A stretch of DNA of 64,000 bases from an uncultured Verrucomicrobiae bacterium (GCA_963762565.1 CAVXLD010000005.1:548338-612337); one strand, 5' to 3'; shown: positions 10,581 to 21,445, numbered from the stretch's first letter. Numbers and translations: made by a program. The notes: generated by a model from the sequence alone, not told the origin.

Positions 10581-12254
10581 TCAGCCGCCTGTCCTTTGGG
10601 TGTGCGCCGGCAACACGAACTGGAAGGTTGCGCCAAGACCCGCATTCGGCGTTGCCCATAGTCGTCCACCATGCGCTTCCACGATAGAACGACTGATGGC
10701 CAAACCCATACCCATGCCTTCCGCTTTTGTTGTGTAAAAGGCTTCGAAAAGCTTCGGCTGGTCCTGCGCCGACAGGCCGACACCTGAGTCCGTCACGGCG
10801 ATCTGAACGAACGCCTTGCCCTCCGAGAGATGCGACTGTGCCTCGATAGCGAGATGCCGGCAGTCTTCTGGAACTTGGTGCATCGCCTCCATGGCGTTTA
10901 TCACCAGGTTCAATAATACCTGCTGTAGCTGGATCCTGTCCCCCCTGACCGGGGGCAGATTGTCGGATAAAACGGCTTTAAGTACGATGCGGCGTCCATT
11001 TAACTCACGTCGAATTAACGGCAAGATGTCAGCGACCAGGTCCTTGACCTCCAAAACCACCGTCTCAGGAACGGCCTTCTTCGAAAGCGCCCGAATCTGC
11101 GTAATGATAGCGCTCGCTCGATTGGCATCATCTACAATCTCCGACAAGGCGGTGGCGATGTCGGTTACGTCAGCGGACCCGGTTGTGATAAGTCTTAGGC
11201 ACGCATTTCCATAATTAACGATTGCTCCAAGTGGCTGATTAATCTCATGGGCGATCGAGGCGGTTATCTCGCCCATCGTCATAATTCGCGTTATATGGGC
11301 CAGTTCAGCCTCTCTCGAGCGCAGCTCTTCTTGCGCTTGCTTTAGCTCCGTGATGTCCGTGGCGATACCACAAATCGCGTACGGCTCGTTGACTTGATCG
11401 CGCAGCAGAAATTTAACGACGACATAGTAACGGGCGCCTAGCCTCGATGGCACAACTTCTTCAAACTGCAAAGGCCCACCGGTTTCCATGACTTGCCGAT
11501 CGTTAGCTCTCAGCGTTTCGGCCACATCATGCGGGTGAATGCTGAAATCGGTTTTACCTCGGATTTGATCGCGTCCAATGTCAAAAAGGCGTTCATATTC
11601 GCGGTTGACTAGAACGTACCTGAGCTCCAGATCCTTGATGAAAACGAGTGCGGTTGTGTTGTCGACGATTGCTTGCAAACGCTGCTCGCTCACTCGAAGG
11701 GCCTCCTCCGATCGCTTGCGGTCCGTAACATCGCGTACGATGCCAGTGAAGAAATGCTTGTCTTTGCGCACGTCCTCGCCAAACGAGATCTCGATTGGGA
11801 ATTCTCGACCGCTCTTGTGTAAGCCGACCAGTTCAACGGCTCTCCAGCGGATGTGCTTTTGACCCGTGGTCAAATACCTCCTAAAAGAGGTCAGATGACT
11901 CTGTCGGAAACGCTCGGGCATGAGAACGGTAAGGTTTTTGTCCAGCATCTCGGCTGGCTCGTAGCCAAACATTTGCCCAGCGGCGGGATTTACGTACCGA
12001 ATGGTGCTTTGGTCATCGATAGAAATGATCCCGTCTGAGGCCGCCTCCGCTAGAGTGTTGAACCGGCTTTCGTTATCGGTCTCTTGCTCGAACTCGCCGC
12101 CGTGAGCAACCGTCTCTAGCTCATCGAGAACACTGGACAGGAGGTCGACAGCCTGCCGTACCCGGCTCTCGCTGCCGGGCGGGCCGAGCCCCGCCAGCTC
12201 CGACAGGCGCTGCCGGGCCGCCGCGATGCGCTCAATGGAGACTCTCCCCTTCAT
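10581..12254 (-). CDS. PAS-PAS sensor histidine kinase (FixL-like)
   Basis: two PAS domains, IAHEINQPL, QQVLLNLVINA, DSGVG, GMGMGL. Confidence 0.9.
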   Translation of the reverse strand: MKGRVSIERIAAARQRLSELAGLGPPGSESRVRQAVDLLSSVLDELETVAHGGEFEQETDNESRFNTLAEAASDGIISIDDQSTIRYVNPAAGQMFGYEPAEMLDKNLTVLMPERFRQSHLTSFRRYLTTGQKHIRWRAVELVGLHKSGREFPIEISFGEDVRKDKHFFTGIVRDVTDRKRSEEALRVSEQRLQAIVDNTTALVFIKDLELRYVLVNREYERLFDIGRDQIRGKTDFSIHPHDVAETLRANDRQVMETGGPLQFEEVVPSRLGARYYVVVKFLLRDQVNEPYAICGIATDITELKQAQEELRSREAELAHITRIMTMGEITASIAHEINQPLGAIVNYGNACLRLITTGSADVTDIATALSEIVDDANRASAIITQIRALSKKAVPETVVLEVKDLVADILPLIRRELNGRRIVLKAVLSDNLPPVRGDRIQLQQVLLNLVINAMEAMHQVPEDCRHLAIEAQSHLSEGKAFVQIAVTDSGVGLSAQDQPKLFEAFYTTKAEGMGMGLAISRSIVEAHGGRLWATPNAGLGATFQFVLPAHTQRTGG

Positions 12255-12351
12255 TCAAACCTTGTCTGGCCCAAGAAAATACGCCAGGCGGTTTCTGCAA
12301 GCCAAATCATTTCTCCCATCAGCAGCTGCCGGTCGCATGTAGGAGCGATCC

Positions 12352-12391
12352 AGCCTAGGACCAAAGTCCAATAGCCTAGGACCAAAGTCCA
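12352..12391. promoter_or_regulatory. tandem operator: AGCCTAGGACCAAAGTCCA x2 (21-bp period)
   Basis: exact 19-bp direct repeat with internal GGAC-N4-GTCC palindrome in the divergent kinase/regulator intergenic region. Confidence 0.6.
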
Positions 12392-12458
12392 TCCGGTAAC
12401 AGGCTATCGCGTGCGCTATTGTGCAACCCTGAAGAAGTCTATAAATCGAACAATCAAA

Positions 12459-12863
12459 GTGCCGAATAATAGCGCCAACCCAACCGCCCCGTTGGTTTGC
12501 ATAGTGGACGACGACTCCTCGATGGCAGACTCGACCCGATTCCTTGTCCGCTCTTTTGGCTTCAGGGCAGAAGCCTTTCTGTCTGCTCAGCAGTTTCTGG
12601 ATTCAGGCCTGGTCGAAGAGACGAAGTGCTTGATTCTAATCCTCGACCTGCGGATGCCCGGAATTGACGGCTTGGAATTGCAACGAAATCTGGCAAGCGC
12701 TAACAAACGCATTCCGATCATTTTTATCTCTGCCCGTGCGACCGACCAGGAGCGGACAGAAGCCATCGCCGGAGGTGCCGTGGATTTCCTGTGCAAGCCG
12801 TTCAGAGAAGATGCATTGTTCAACGCACTCCAAGTAGCGTTGACTCAACGGAATTCAGGATAG
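12459..12863 (+). CDS. single-domain response regulator receiver
   Basis: IVDDD, LDLRMPGIDG, FLCKP. Confidence 0.88.
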   Translation: MPNNSANPTAPLVCIVDDDSSMADSTRFLVRSFGFRAEAFLSAQQFLDSGLVEETKCLILILDLRMPGIDGLELQRNLASANKRIPIIFISARATDQERTEAIAGGAVDFLCKPFREDALFNALQVALTQRNSG

Positions 12864-12942
12864 CTAAGAGCACAATTTTTTGGTAAGTGGCAGAGAGAAG
12901 ATTTCTATTTGCTTCTGCAATTTGCTATCCTCAGCGCTAAAC

Positions 12943-13560
12943 GTGAAAGAGCCGGGAGATCCATCGCTGGTGTTTGTCGTTGACGACGACAGCTCTTTTC
13001 GCAGATCCACTGAGTTTTTGATTCGGTCGGCTGGTTTAGACGCCCAAGGCTTCGGGTCGGCGGAGGAATTCTTGCGGAGTCATCGACCGGACGTGCCTTC
13101 GTGTCTAATACTCGATGTTCGGTTGCCGCATCTAAGTGGCCTAGACCTACAGCGGCAATTGTTCAAAATCGACGAACAAATCCCGATCATTTTCATTACC
13201 GGTCACGGTGACATCCCGATGACGGTCCAAGCCATGAAGTCCGGCGCGGCTGAATTTCTGACTAAGCCGTTCCGGGAACAGGAACTTTTAGACGCCGTCC
13301 GTCGAGCCATCGATTCTGACCGAGCTGCACGTTTGCGGCGGGCAAAGCTGGCGGATTTGCGCGGACGATATGAATCGCTCACGCCGCGCGAGCGTGAAGT
13401 AATGGGGCGGGTTGTACGGGGGATGCTCAACAAGCAGATCGCCGGCGAAATCGGTACCGCGGAAAAAACCGTGAAGGTGCATCGAGGCCACATCATGCAG
13501 AAAATGCAGGCAAAGTCTTTGGCCGAACTCGTGCAGATGAGTCAAAGGCTGCTCGGTTAA
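12943..13560 (+). CDS. FixJ/TodT-type response regulator (receiver + LuxR HTH)
   Basis: [45 protein letters not shown]. Confidence 0.92.
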   Translation: MKEPGDPSLVFVVDDDSSFRRSTEFLIRSAGLDAQGFGSAEEFLRSHRPDVPSCLILDVRLPHLSGLDLQRQLFKIDEQIPIIFITGHGDIPMTVQAMKSGAAEFLTKPFREQELLDAVRRAIDSDRAARLRRAKLADLRGRYESLTPREREVMGRVVRGMLNKQIAGEIGTAEKTVKVHRGHIMQKMQAKSLAELVQMSQRLLG

Positions 13561-13840
13561 CCTTGGGGTACGTATTTCGCTCATCGAAACCAGGCCGACG
13601 TCGCGGAGGTTTTCAACTCGTCGCTTAACTGCTTCTTCGGGAGAAGATGCTTTCTCCCTGTCGAGGCCCAAAGCGGTCTCTCCTTCCGCTCGCATCACCA
13701 ATGACGTCTTAGCCACAGTGAGGGGGTTTTGATGATTACGTCCTACTCCTGCCTCGATTCAAAAAAGTGTCCAAGAAGTGTCCAAGCAAGTTGTATGAGC
13801 GAAGCTGAGCTTAATCGGTAAGTCCTTGACTATGAGGCTT

Positions 13841-13886
13841 GCACCCGGCAGGGCTCGAACCTGCAACCCTATGATCCGAAGTCATA
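13841..13886 (-). mobile_element. att-like site: 3' half of tRNA-Arg(TCG)
   Basis: revcomp TATGACTTCGGATCATAGGGTTGCAGGTTCGAGCCCTGCCGGGTGC has anticodon arm, T-arm and acceptor 3' strand; no D-arm or 5' half upstream. Confidence 0.75.
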
Positions 13887-14354
13887 GACTGTAGAGTCGT
13901 GGCAGCCGTAAAAAAAAAGGCTGGTACTTCGATACTGATCACGCGGCCCGTGACGCGCGGGTCCACAGCACGCCGCGACGGAGGGCACGGCGTTGGGGAA
14001 TGTCCATCGCTCGGCGCCAGGCGCTCCAAGGTCGCGGCCGGCAAAGGAGAAACGCCCGACTAATGCGCCGCCCGGACAACCGATGTGAGAATAGATCGGA
14101 AGCGTCCTGAGTTGGGATGGTTAAGAATTTACGCGGCCAAGGGCCCCAGCGATGATTCAGTCGATGGATGATGCATCGACAGGTAAATACCGATGAGCGC
14201 CTCCGGTCGTGGAAAGGTGAAAGTTGAAAGGAGCTAGGTCGTAGGAGAATCGCAAAAAATCGGAGGATCTTTATCCGGTTTTTTTGTTTTATAATTTGAG
14301 AGAACCTAGAAGTAGAATGACTGAGATGGCACAGCCACCGAGTGTCGAGGTAAC

Positions 14355-14780
14355 ATGAAATCAAAAACGGCAAAAAGAGCAGCCGCTTTGCAACAGTTCT
14401 TTGCCAGAAAAAGCGTCACTCACACCAAATTCTCTCAATCAATGGGAGAAAGCGTCCTATCTGCTTTAGAAATAGTGGTTAAGACAGCGGACATAACCGA
14501 AGAGGACTATGGCGGGGTATGGTACATAAAAGGAAACATTGGAGCAACGCACCAAACCAAAGCTTCGCTATTGGAACGGATCTCTGGGTTAAGAAACCAA
14601 GTAAAACAAGAAAGAGCGGCTGACGCTAGTCTATGCGACTTCTGCCTGCGAGGCGTATCTACCTGCCTTGACCGAGAACAGGTTCCGCAAACTAACATAC
14701 AAGAACTGGAAGACGTGCTTGACGCAATACTTCGGGGTATAGCGCATGAGGCAGACGAAACGCTCTTAAGCCAGCTATAA
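14355..14780 (+). CDS. hypothetical protein (paralog of 1-364)
   Basis: ATG with RBS GAGG; duplicated in window. Confidence 0.6.
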   Translation: MKSKTAKRAAALQQFFARKSVTHTKFSQSMGESVLSALEIVVKTADITEEDYGGVWYIKGNIGATHQTKASLLERISGLRNQVKQERAADASLCDFCLRGVSTCLDREQVPQTNIQELEDVLDAILRGIAHEADETLLSQL

Positions 14781-14833
14781 GTCGAACAAAGGATTCAAAC
14801 TCCCGACTTTCCATCTTCTGCGGCAGTGATTGG

Positions 14834-15896
14834 TCATTTCACGATTTTGAACTGCACCTCGGAACGGAGCTCAATAGCGTTCAGTTCGTCGACAGCGACC
14901 AGCAGATGCTCTGCGAGCTCGGCGTCGGTGAATCCAAGCTCTGATCGATATGTTGAAAGAATTTCTGCCAGCAGAGTCGGCTGCTCTGGTTTTAGTTTAT
15001 CGTCGTAGGGTTCACGCTCTTTCATTCCTTCCCGTGACATCTTTGCCCAGTAGTAACGTGCTGTTGATCTCGTAGATAGCCCCCATGGCCTCTGCGCGCT
15101 TGACAAGCGCCTGCATTGACACTCCCCAGTAAAGCTTCAGGCGGGCAAGGCGGTCCATGGACAAAGGTCTAAAACTTGATTCAATTTCCAAAGCGGGCGT
15201 CAAGAATTCTGCCGCAAACTGGAATGCCTCCCTGTTCTTGTTCGGGATCCGGCAGCGTGTTACGGTGCATGATTAGATGACCAAGCTCGTGGACGATGGT
15301 CGTTCGCTGTCGCACGGCCGAAAGAGAACTATTAACGAAGATGACGGGAGTGCTGCCGACGAACATGCTACAAGCGTCGATTTTCCTTGTTCCAAAATCC
15401 ATAACCCAGACTACGACTCCCGCGTTTTCAACTAATTGGACCACTTTCTTGATGGGGCCCGGAGGAATTTTCCAATATCGGCGGAGCAGCCGCGCGATTT
15501 CAGCCGGTCCACCGGTCATTTCGTGAGGGTCAACAGATGGCAAACCCGGCGTATCGATTTCTGTGCTGGTTAAGACCTGTCTGACTCGGATCGTCGCAAG
15601 AGTTATCAAAGCCCAAAACCTTCTTTGGACCTGCGCAGGGATGCTGACGCGCTTTCTATATTGAACAAACGTTGGCGCTTCGATCGGTCCTTGATAGCGG
15701 AAAAAACTAACGGGCCTATTAAGGGCCTTTCCGAGGTTCTGTTCCAATTCTAGTGTGGGAGCCAATAAACCTGTCTCCAGCTTTGATAAGTTCCTTGGGT
15801 GATGCCCAGCTTTTCGGCCGAAGAACTCTTCTGGGTCTCACCGATTTCCTCGCGCGCTAAGACCAGCATTTCAGGTCTTAGCGGCGCTTTCTCCAT
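14834..15896 (-). CDS. XRE-HTH / ImmA-IrrE (M78) zinc metallopeptidase (frameshifted)
   Basis: N-terminal HTH (LVLAREEIGETQ..KLGITQ), RQRTTIVHELGHLIMH, LKLYWGVSMQALVKRA across frames. Confidence 0.8.
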
Positions 15897-16458
15897 CGGA
15901 GGGAACAATTCCTCCTTTGAGTCGAACTCTGCGAGGCGAGGGGGCAGTTTTGACATCGGTATCTCCAAATAGGTCCGGGGTAAGAAGCACGGATCGTTCT
16001 GTAATGTCGAGAAACCAATTGTTTTCGAGTGGGGTTTTTGGGTTAACGATGAAAAGGGAATACCTTGTGTGGGATTCATTCGGACTATATCCCACGGTGA
16101 AGCGAGGATAATATATCAAACCGGGTAGTTCCTGTTGGCTGTCGAAAGCTATCGAAGTTTCATTTGGACTGTTTATCGCATGCAGTTCCTCGTCCAATTT
16201 CTTGAATTGAATCACGGCCCAGTCCTCTAGGATGAAGAGCCTTCGCGTTCTGTATTCGTGTTCTTTGACCCCAGGCTGGTCGCGAAAAGACTCTCTGCCT
16301 ACAATGACGGCTCGATTCTGTATTGCGGTGGCCCGATATCGCGAATCATCAAGCGGGTGCATGGCATGTCTGAAGTACCATTCCCACGCTTCCCTAAAAC
16401 AATACCTAAACCATTCAACGTAAGGCTCGAACCGCCGATTTGCTTCGATCTCGGTCAT
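15871..16458 (-). CDS. hypothetical protein overlapping XRE-ImmA start (putative toxin)
   Basis: 195-aa ORF whose end overlaps the peptidase gene start. Confidence 0.65.
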   Translation of the reverse strand: MTEIEANRRFEPYVEWFRYCFREAWEWYFRHAMHPLDDSRYRATAIQNRAVIVGRESFRDQPGVKEHEYRTRRLFILEDWAVIQFKKLDEELHAINSPNETSIAFDSQQELPGLIYYPRFTVGYSPNESHTRYSLFIVNPKTPLENNWFLDITERSVLLTPDLFGDTDVKTAPSPRRVRLKGGIVPSDGESAAKT

Positions 16459-16841
16459 GGTCTCGGGTTATACGCTGCTAGCGCGAAGCTGTCAAAACAA
16501 TTGCGAAATATTCCCATAAATATTCCAAACAGGTGATTTGAATGGCCTCCGGACAAAAGACTGGAGGTTAAGCGGGGCCTCGATCCAGCTTATTTTTTTG
16601 TCCTGTGCTCCGGCAATCCGATGCCCTTGAATTTGTCTAAGGCACCCACGAACCTGGCCGTCGCTCAAGTCGTTGATTCAGTTAGTCGCTTGTAACGATA
16701 CCCTTGGAATGAGCTCACGCGCGTTCCACATCGAGCTCATTTCGGCACTCAGAGGCGGTTAGATTAATGCTCGCCAATTTCTTGAAGAAATTCCGGCCTG
16801 ACGATCTTACCCGGCCCCGTTTGGGCGGCTTGCATATGAGC

Positions 16842-16961
16842 TTTTTTCTCGACCGACAGCACGCAGCCGTTTGTGATGATGTGCTGCTCGGCGATCGACT
16901 ACCCGACCGCATGAAGCTTCGGCAGAACGAATTTGCTACAAGTATCGGACTCCCTAATCAC
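16842..16961 (-). pseudogene. relic of type I restriction R subunit N-terminus
   Basis: reads MIRESDTCSKFVLPKLHAVG*SIAEQHIITNG, resembling the ExDTC.K...PKL..aGW..SIaEQ..fTdG start of HsdR proteins. Confidence 0.45.
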
Positions 16962-16979
16962 GATTCCCCGTCCCCTCGG

Positions 16980-18054
16980 CTAAAGTTTGGTGCCGGTTGG
17001 TCCGGAGTTCACCTGCTTCTCGAAGTCTGCAATACGCGCAAGGATTTCGTTTAGGCTTGGAGCCGCGCCGAAGATCATCCCTGACATGGCAGTGTAGTCG
17101 CGGGCCAAGGCAGCGGCCATATCCGGGTTCGGCGTAAGCGTGAATGATCCGGGAACAGCAGTCGCCAGGTTCAGATCCGGCACTGTTGAAGAACATCCGC
17201 GCATGCCGTACGCAATCCTCCGCTAGCTCAAAATCTCTGGCCTGCGTCCCGGCCGAGATTGGAGTCCAACAATCGAAAGACATCATAGTAATGGCGGGAA
17301 ATCCGCTGACCGCCACCCCGCAGAGCGCCGCGTCGTTCGAACCATTGGCGCAAACCATGCAAAATTATGGCCTTGTCCCAGAACGTCAGCGCGGCAACGA
17401 CTGTGGTTATTCGGAAACGCTTAGCTCGATTCCCGCAAGATCGTCGGCGACATATGGGCGGATGACAGATGGCCGATTTGGATCGAGCGCGGATTTCGCG
17501 CCAGACTCGATCTTCACGGCGGGCCGGATGTATCCGTCATCAGCCGCGGTGACCTTCGGGTACCAGACCAGAAGGCTTTGCTGATCCGGGTCGTCCGCGT
17601 CAGCCTCGACCCGGCCGGCACTCGCATTCATTCCCGCTGCCTCGAGGGCTTCTGCGAGACGCTTCGCCACCTGCATGCGCATCGCGCCGTTTACATGGGC
17701 TTGGGCGGCCGCCTTGATCGCATCAAGCCGCTTACGCCGCTGCTTGCCGCTCAGTGCTTCGAGTTCCTCGACATTCGCCGCTTCTCCGAGATCGTCGCGA
17801 AAGATCGTAATGTCGATGTCTTCGGAAAAGCGCGAGATCAACCGGAAGGCCTTCGACAATGACGTTCCGCCTTTGAATAACAAGACGGGGGCCGCCCGAT
17901 CGGCGTCGTTGAATAGCGCGTCCAGCGTCCAAGCGACCCAGAAATCCTTTTCGATGTTCTGCTCCGGCGTGCCGAGTCGTTGGCCTGTGCCAAGAAAAGC
18001 GTCGCGACGATCAGCCGCCGTGGCCGACAGGAAGGCGTTGAAGGCGGGGTTCAC
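16980..18054 (-). CDS. AbiEii-type nucleotidyltransferase toxin (frameshifted)
   Basis: IEKDFWV, FKGGTSLSKAF..ISRFSEDIDI, KIESGA; C-terminus in other frames. Confidence 0.85.
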
Positions 18055-18728
18055 TGCTGTCCCTTCTTCTGAGGTTTCGGCGGCTTGGTCTCCGGTGCGG
18101 CGGGCGCAGGGCATTCCAGCAGAGGCCGAGAAACGTCTGCATCCAGTCCGGCAGCTGGCTGAATCCATCACGTAAATCTGCCGCGATGGCCGCGCCATGA
18201 TCGGGATCCGCGAGGATCGCCGTAAGCCGGCGGGCTGATCCGGTCGTGGTCGCTGTCGATCATGCTGCGCAGCCATTGCAGCGCCTGTACAAGACGCATC
18301 GCCGGGCTGCCTGCCCAATGCAGCCGGCTGGGGGCGGTCAGTTTGAAGGTGATGGTTTGAGCCCCGAGCTTGATCGGGCGTAAGCGCGCGTCGGTGTGAA
18401 CGGAGATCTTGGCGGGCACCGCATCGGTCAGGCCTAGGTCATTTGCAGCGGTTAGACCATCGACCAGCATACGCGCCTGGTCGCGCCGTGCGAGCGCGTC
18501 GATGACCCGATGCGGATCGGGATTGGTGGGCTTGCCCGTCAGTTTATTGGAGCGCGGCAGGTCATAGAGGCCGCGCGTAATCCGGCGAATATTTCCGGCG
18601 GTGGTCATGCGTGAAAGCGCCTGGTCGATTGCGTCACGCGAGGCAAGGTCCAGGAAATCGGTAGGCGTCCAGACGCCGAACGGCGCCTGGGCCGCCATCC
18701 TCTTTTGGAGTTCGGTCTTGAGATCCAT
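18051..18728 (-). CDS. DUF6088 / AbiEi-type antitoxin (frameshifted)
   Basis: DFLDLASRDAIDQALSR..IRRITRGLYD, AANDLGLTDAVPA; overlaps toxin start (GTGA). Confidence 0.8.
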
Positions 18729-18738
18729 GGTCCGCGCT

Positions 18739-18811
18739 GTCAGAAAAACGTATACGCTCTTCTGACGGAAAAGTCCAGCGCCTGTCAGAAAATTGTAGAC
18801 ATGCTTCTGAC
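18739..18811. promoter_or_regulatory. two tandem inverted repeats GTCAGAA-N14-TTCTGAC (TA operator)
   Basis: 18739-18766 and 18784-18811, immediately upstream of the antitoxin start. Confidence 0.7.
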
Positions 18812-19377
18812 GCTATTAGGCGCGAGGCCGGAGCCCTCTCCGTGAGTTTAAAACTCACGGTCGGCGCAGCCATTACTAGCCATCGCCTGCACCTGTGTAG
18901 TCAGTCTACAGTCGGAAAGATTTTGAGAGCGCGCCGCATCCGTGAGCGAGCGAAATCCTAGTGTAACTCGTGCGGTCGAATCGCAATAGCGCGCAAACTG
19001 CTATGCCAAATAATTCGCAAAATGACAGGCACTCCTGATTATAGGCCCTTAAGATAACCGCTGCCTCGGCCCACCGAAACGGGAGCGTGGCGGCATTCTG
19101 GTTTCATGGGCACACTATGGGCTCCCACGAGGATCTTGATATTTTTGAGGAAGCAGTGTGCCAGCAATACAGAAAAATGGACGGCTTTGTAAGAACGAAA
19201 ATCCAATCCTTCGACCCTCCAAGAGAACTTTGGCGAGCATGCCTCGGTGCGTCTAAACCCGTTCGCCCAGTTAATTCTTCGAGCAGGATTAACTGTTCAA
19301 GAATTGCCGAGAAGTGGCCGAGTCAACTCCAGCAGCGAGCTTCCTGGTTGCGGCGTAAATTATTGAGGCTGAGCCGT

Positions 19378-19423
19378 GCACCCGGCAGGGCTCGAACCTG
19401 CACCCTATGATCCGAAAGTCATA
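19378..19423 (-). mobile_element. att-like site: second copy of tRNA-Arg(TCG) 3' half
   Basis: near-identical direct repeat of 13841-13886 with two 1-nt indels; adjacent to integrase 3' end. Confidence 0.7.
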
Positions 19424-19482
19424 TCCTGCTGTGCCTTTGGCTGCCGCTGAGCCTGATCGTTTCATTTCTTTATTCGCCGAAA

Positions 19483-20791
19483 TCACTTGGACGAACGCGG
19501 CAATTTACGTGATTTCTTTGACGCGAATAATCTCCCGAGGCCCGGCGTTACTCGCGCCCTTGAGTCGGTGTAGAAATTGTTGGTAACACTGATATCGGCG
19601 TGCCTCAGAGCCTTGCTGGCGGCATGGATGCCGTGCGCCTTATTGATCAGCGAACCGTATTCCTTCCGTAAGGTATGGAGTGGTTTTTGTGTGTTGACGC
19701 CTTTGCTGCGGAGCCAGGCGTTCAGGCTGTCAAAATGGGATTCGCACCTGTAATAGTCTCCCCTGGTGACGGTCTTGGGGATTCGGTCGGAGGGGATTAC
19801 AAAGGTGCCTTTTGCTTTGTTCTGGTATTCTCTGAAGATCGACATCACTTCGGTATCCACCTGAATTTCACCTATCGAGTCTTGAGACTTTGGATGAAAG
19901 AATTGGGTTGGCTCGACCCGAATTGCGTTCTCCTTGAACCGAAATGCTGACCATTCCAGAAGGTCGATCTCCTTCCTTCTCAGGCCCGCAGCGACGCCGA
20001 GAAGAAAGATCATATAAACCGGCGGATCTGAGGGTCTGAGCTCTTTATTTGCCAGTTTGATCAGGTCGAGAACATTAAAGTTACTGCGGTACTTCATGCT
20101 CTGGCGCGGTTCGAATTCGACGCCATCGAAAGGCAAAGGAGAGGGCAGGCTGAGTGGCAGTTGCCGAAGGACCTTTCGGCGAAAAGAGGCTGCGCGATCG
20201 CCGGAGAAGTGTGTTCACGGAGATCCGCGCTTTGCGAAGAGCTAGCGGGTCATCCCCGGCCGCCGCAAGGAATGATTGTTTCCATTCCTGGATCTTGGCG
20301 GGAGTGATTTCGCTGAGACAGATTCCGTGGATCTTAGCTAACCATTCGTCCCGGCCGCCGGATTGGTAATCGAATTTTGCCGGGTCAGTGGCGAGTCCGA
20401 AGAGGTCGGCGACGACTTTCCGGAACGCAATTGCGTACCCTTCGATTGTGGATCGGCTCGTGCAGACGCTGAATACCGCGTCAAGAAAGGAACCGACCGT
20501 AATTTCGGAAGTATCTGCTGCCGGCGCAGATTGAGACCTCGCCTTATACCTTGCAAGCGTCAGGGGCCAACCGTTGACGGTGAGGAACAGGAATATGTCT
20601 CGCGCCTTTGCTGCCGCGGCCGCTCTGTTTGGGGTACCGAGCTGGAAAAAAGCCCGTTTTCCCTGAAACTGGACCCGTGCGTACCATTCCTTGGTCAATC
20701 GACGTTGGCCATCTACGATGTACGGTTGCCGGAAAACTGCGCTCTGCCAGAACCGGATATCGGTTTTTGGAAAGTGGCTAAGATTTTTCAT
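19483..20791 (-). CDS. tyrosine recombinase / phage-type integrase (one frameshift)
   Basis: GLRRKEI (R), HTLRKEYG (HxxR), LRHADISVTNNFY (H, Y); N-terminal arm-binding-like WYARVQFQGKR. Confidence 0.88.
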
Positions 20792-20845
20792 TTCTTAGCC
20801 ACTTTTTTGGTTCATCCCTGGACCGTTTTGACCTTTCATGAGCCG
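20755..20845. repeat. integrase 5' end/promoter with inverted repeat GTGGCTAAGA..TCTTAGCCAC; repeated at 62079-62169
   Basis: about 90-bp diverged direct repeat seen at both positions. Confidence 0.7.
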
Positions 20846-20943
20846 GTGCCGCAAATGATAGAGTGGCTCTAAAAGCGTGTCCAGGAGCCAATCGACGGCT
20901 CATAGCAGCTCATATCGGATCACAGAAATCGGGGGAGCCATAC

Positions 20944-20986
20944 ACTCTTAATCACTGGGTTGTAGGTTCGATTCCTACACGGTGCA
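20944..20986 (+). mobile_element. att-like site: 3' half of tRNA-Lys(CTT)
   Basis: ACTCTTAATCACTGGGTTGTAGGTTCGATTCCTACACGGTGCA; 5' half absent. Confidence 0.7.
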
Positions 20987-21040
20987 TGCTTCAGTATCAG
21001 GGAGTTAGCGACAAAGTCGTTGAGACCTCTTTGTGCCGTC

Positions 21041-21445
21041 TTAGCCAATTTTGAACGTTGGATGAGAACCGCCCCACGTGCCCCAATCCGATTCTTGCCC
21101 CAACCCGGCGGCTTCAAGACTTTCGTTCCTAAATTGAATCGCCGTACGAATCTGCCTGTAAGCTTGATACTGAGTTGGACCACCTACATAGGCCTGATTG
21201 TTAGTTGCGTCCGGGAAAACGTAGTAGGTCTTCCCGTCTTTCCGGATCAGCGTTACTCGATCAGAGGGAAGTTCTTTAAGTCTTTGTTGCTGCGCGGCCG
21301 TACGGGGGACGATCGCTTTGAAGCCTGCGGCGATTAGAAACCTCTCTTGGTTCCGCGTCTCCCTCTGCGTCATGGTGCAGCTAACTGCCAGTGCTAAAAG
21401 CGCGATGGCGCCGATGAGATTGAATCCGGTGAATATATGTTTCAT
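21041..21445 (-). CDS. hypothetical lipoprotein
   Basis: signal peptide ending LALAVSC; RBS upstream. Confidence 0.65.
   Translation of the reverse strand: MKHIFTGFNLIGAIALLALAVSCTMTQRETRNQERFLIAAGFKAIVPRTAAQQQRLKELPSDRVTLIRKDGKTYYVFPDATNNQAYVGGPTQYQAYRQIRTAIQFRNESLEAAGLGQESDWGTWGGSHPTFKIG

Noticed and set aside
13841..20986. Functional tRNA-Arg and tRNA-Lys genes
   Set aside because: Only anticodon-to-3' halves are present; no D-arm or acceptor 5' strand.
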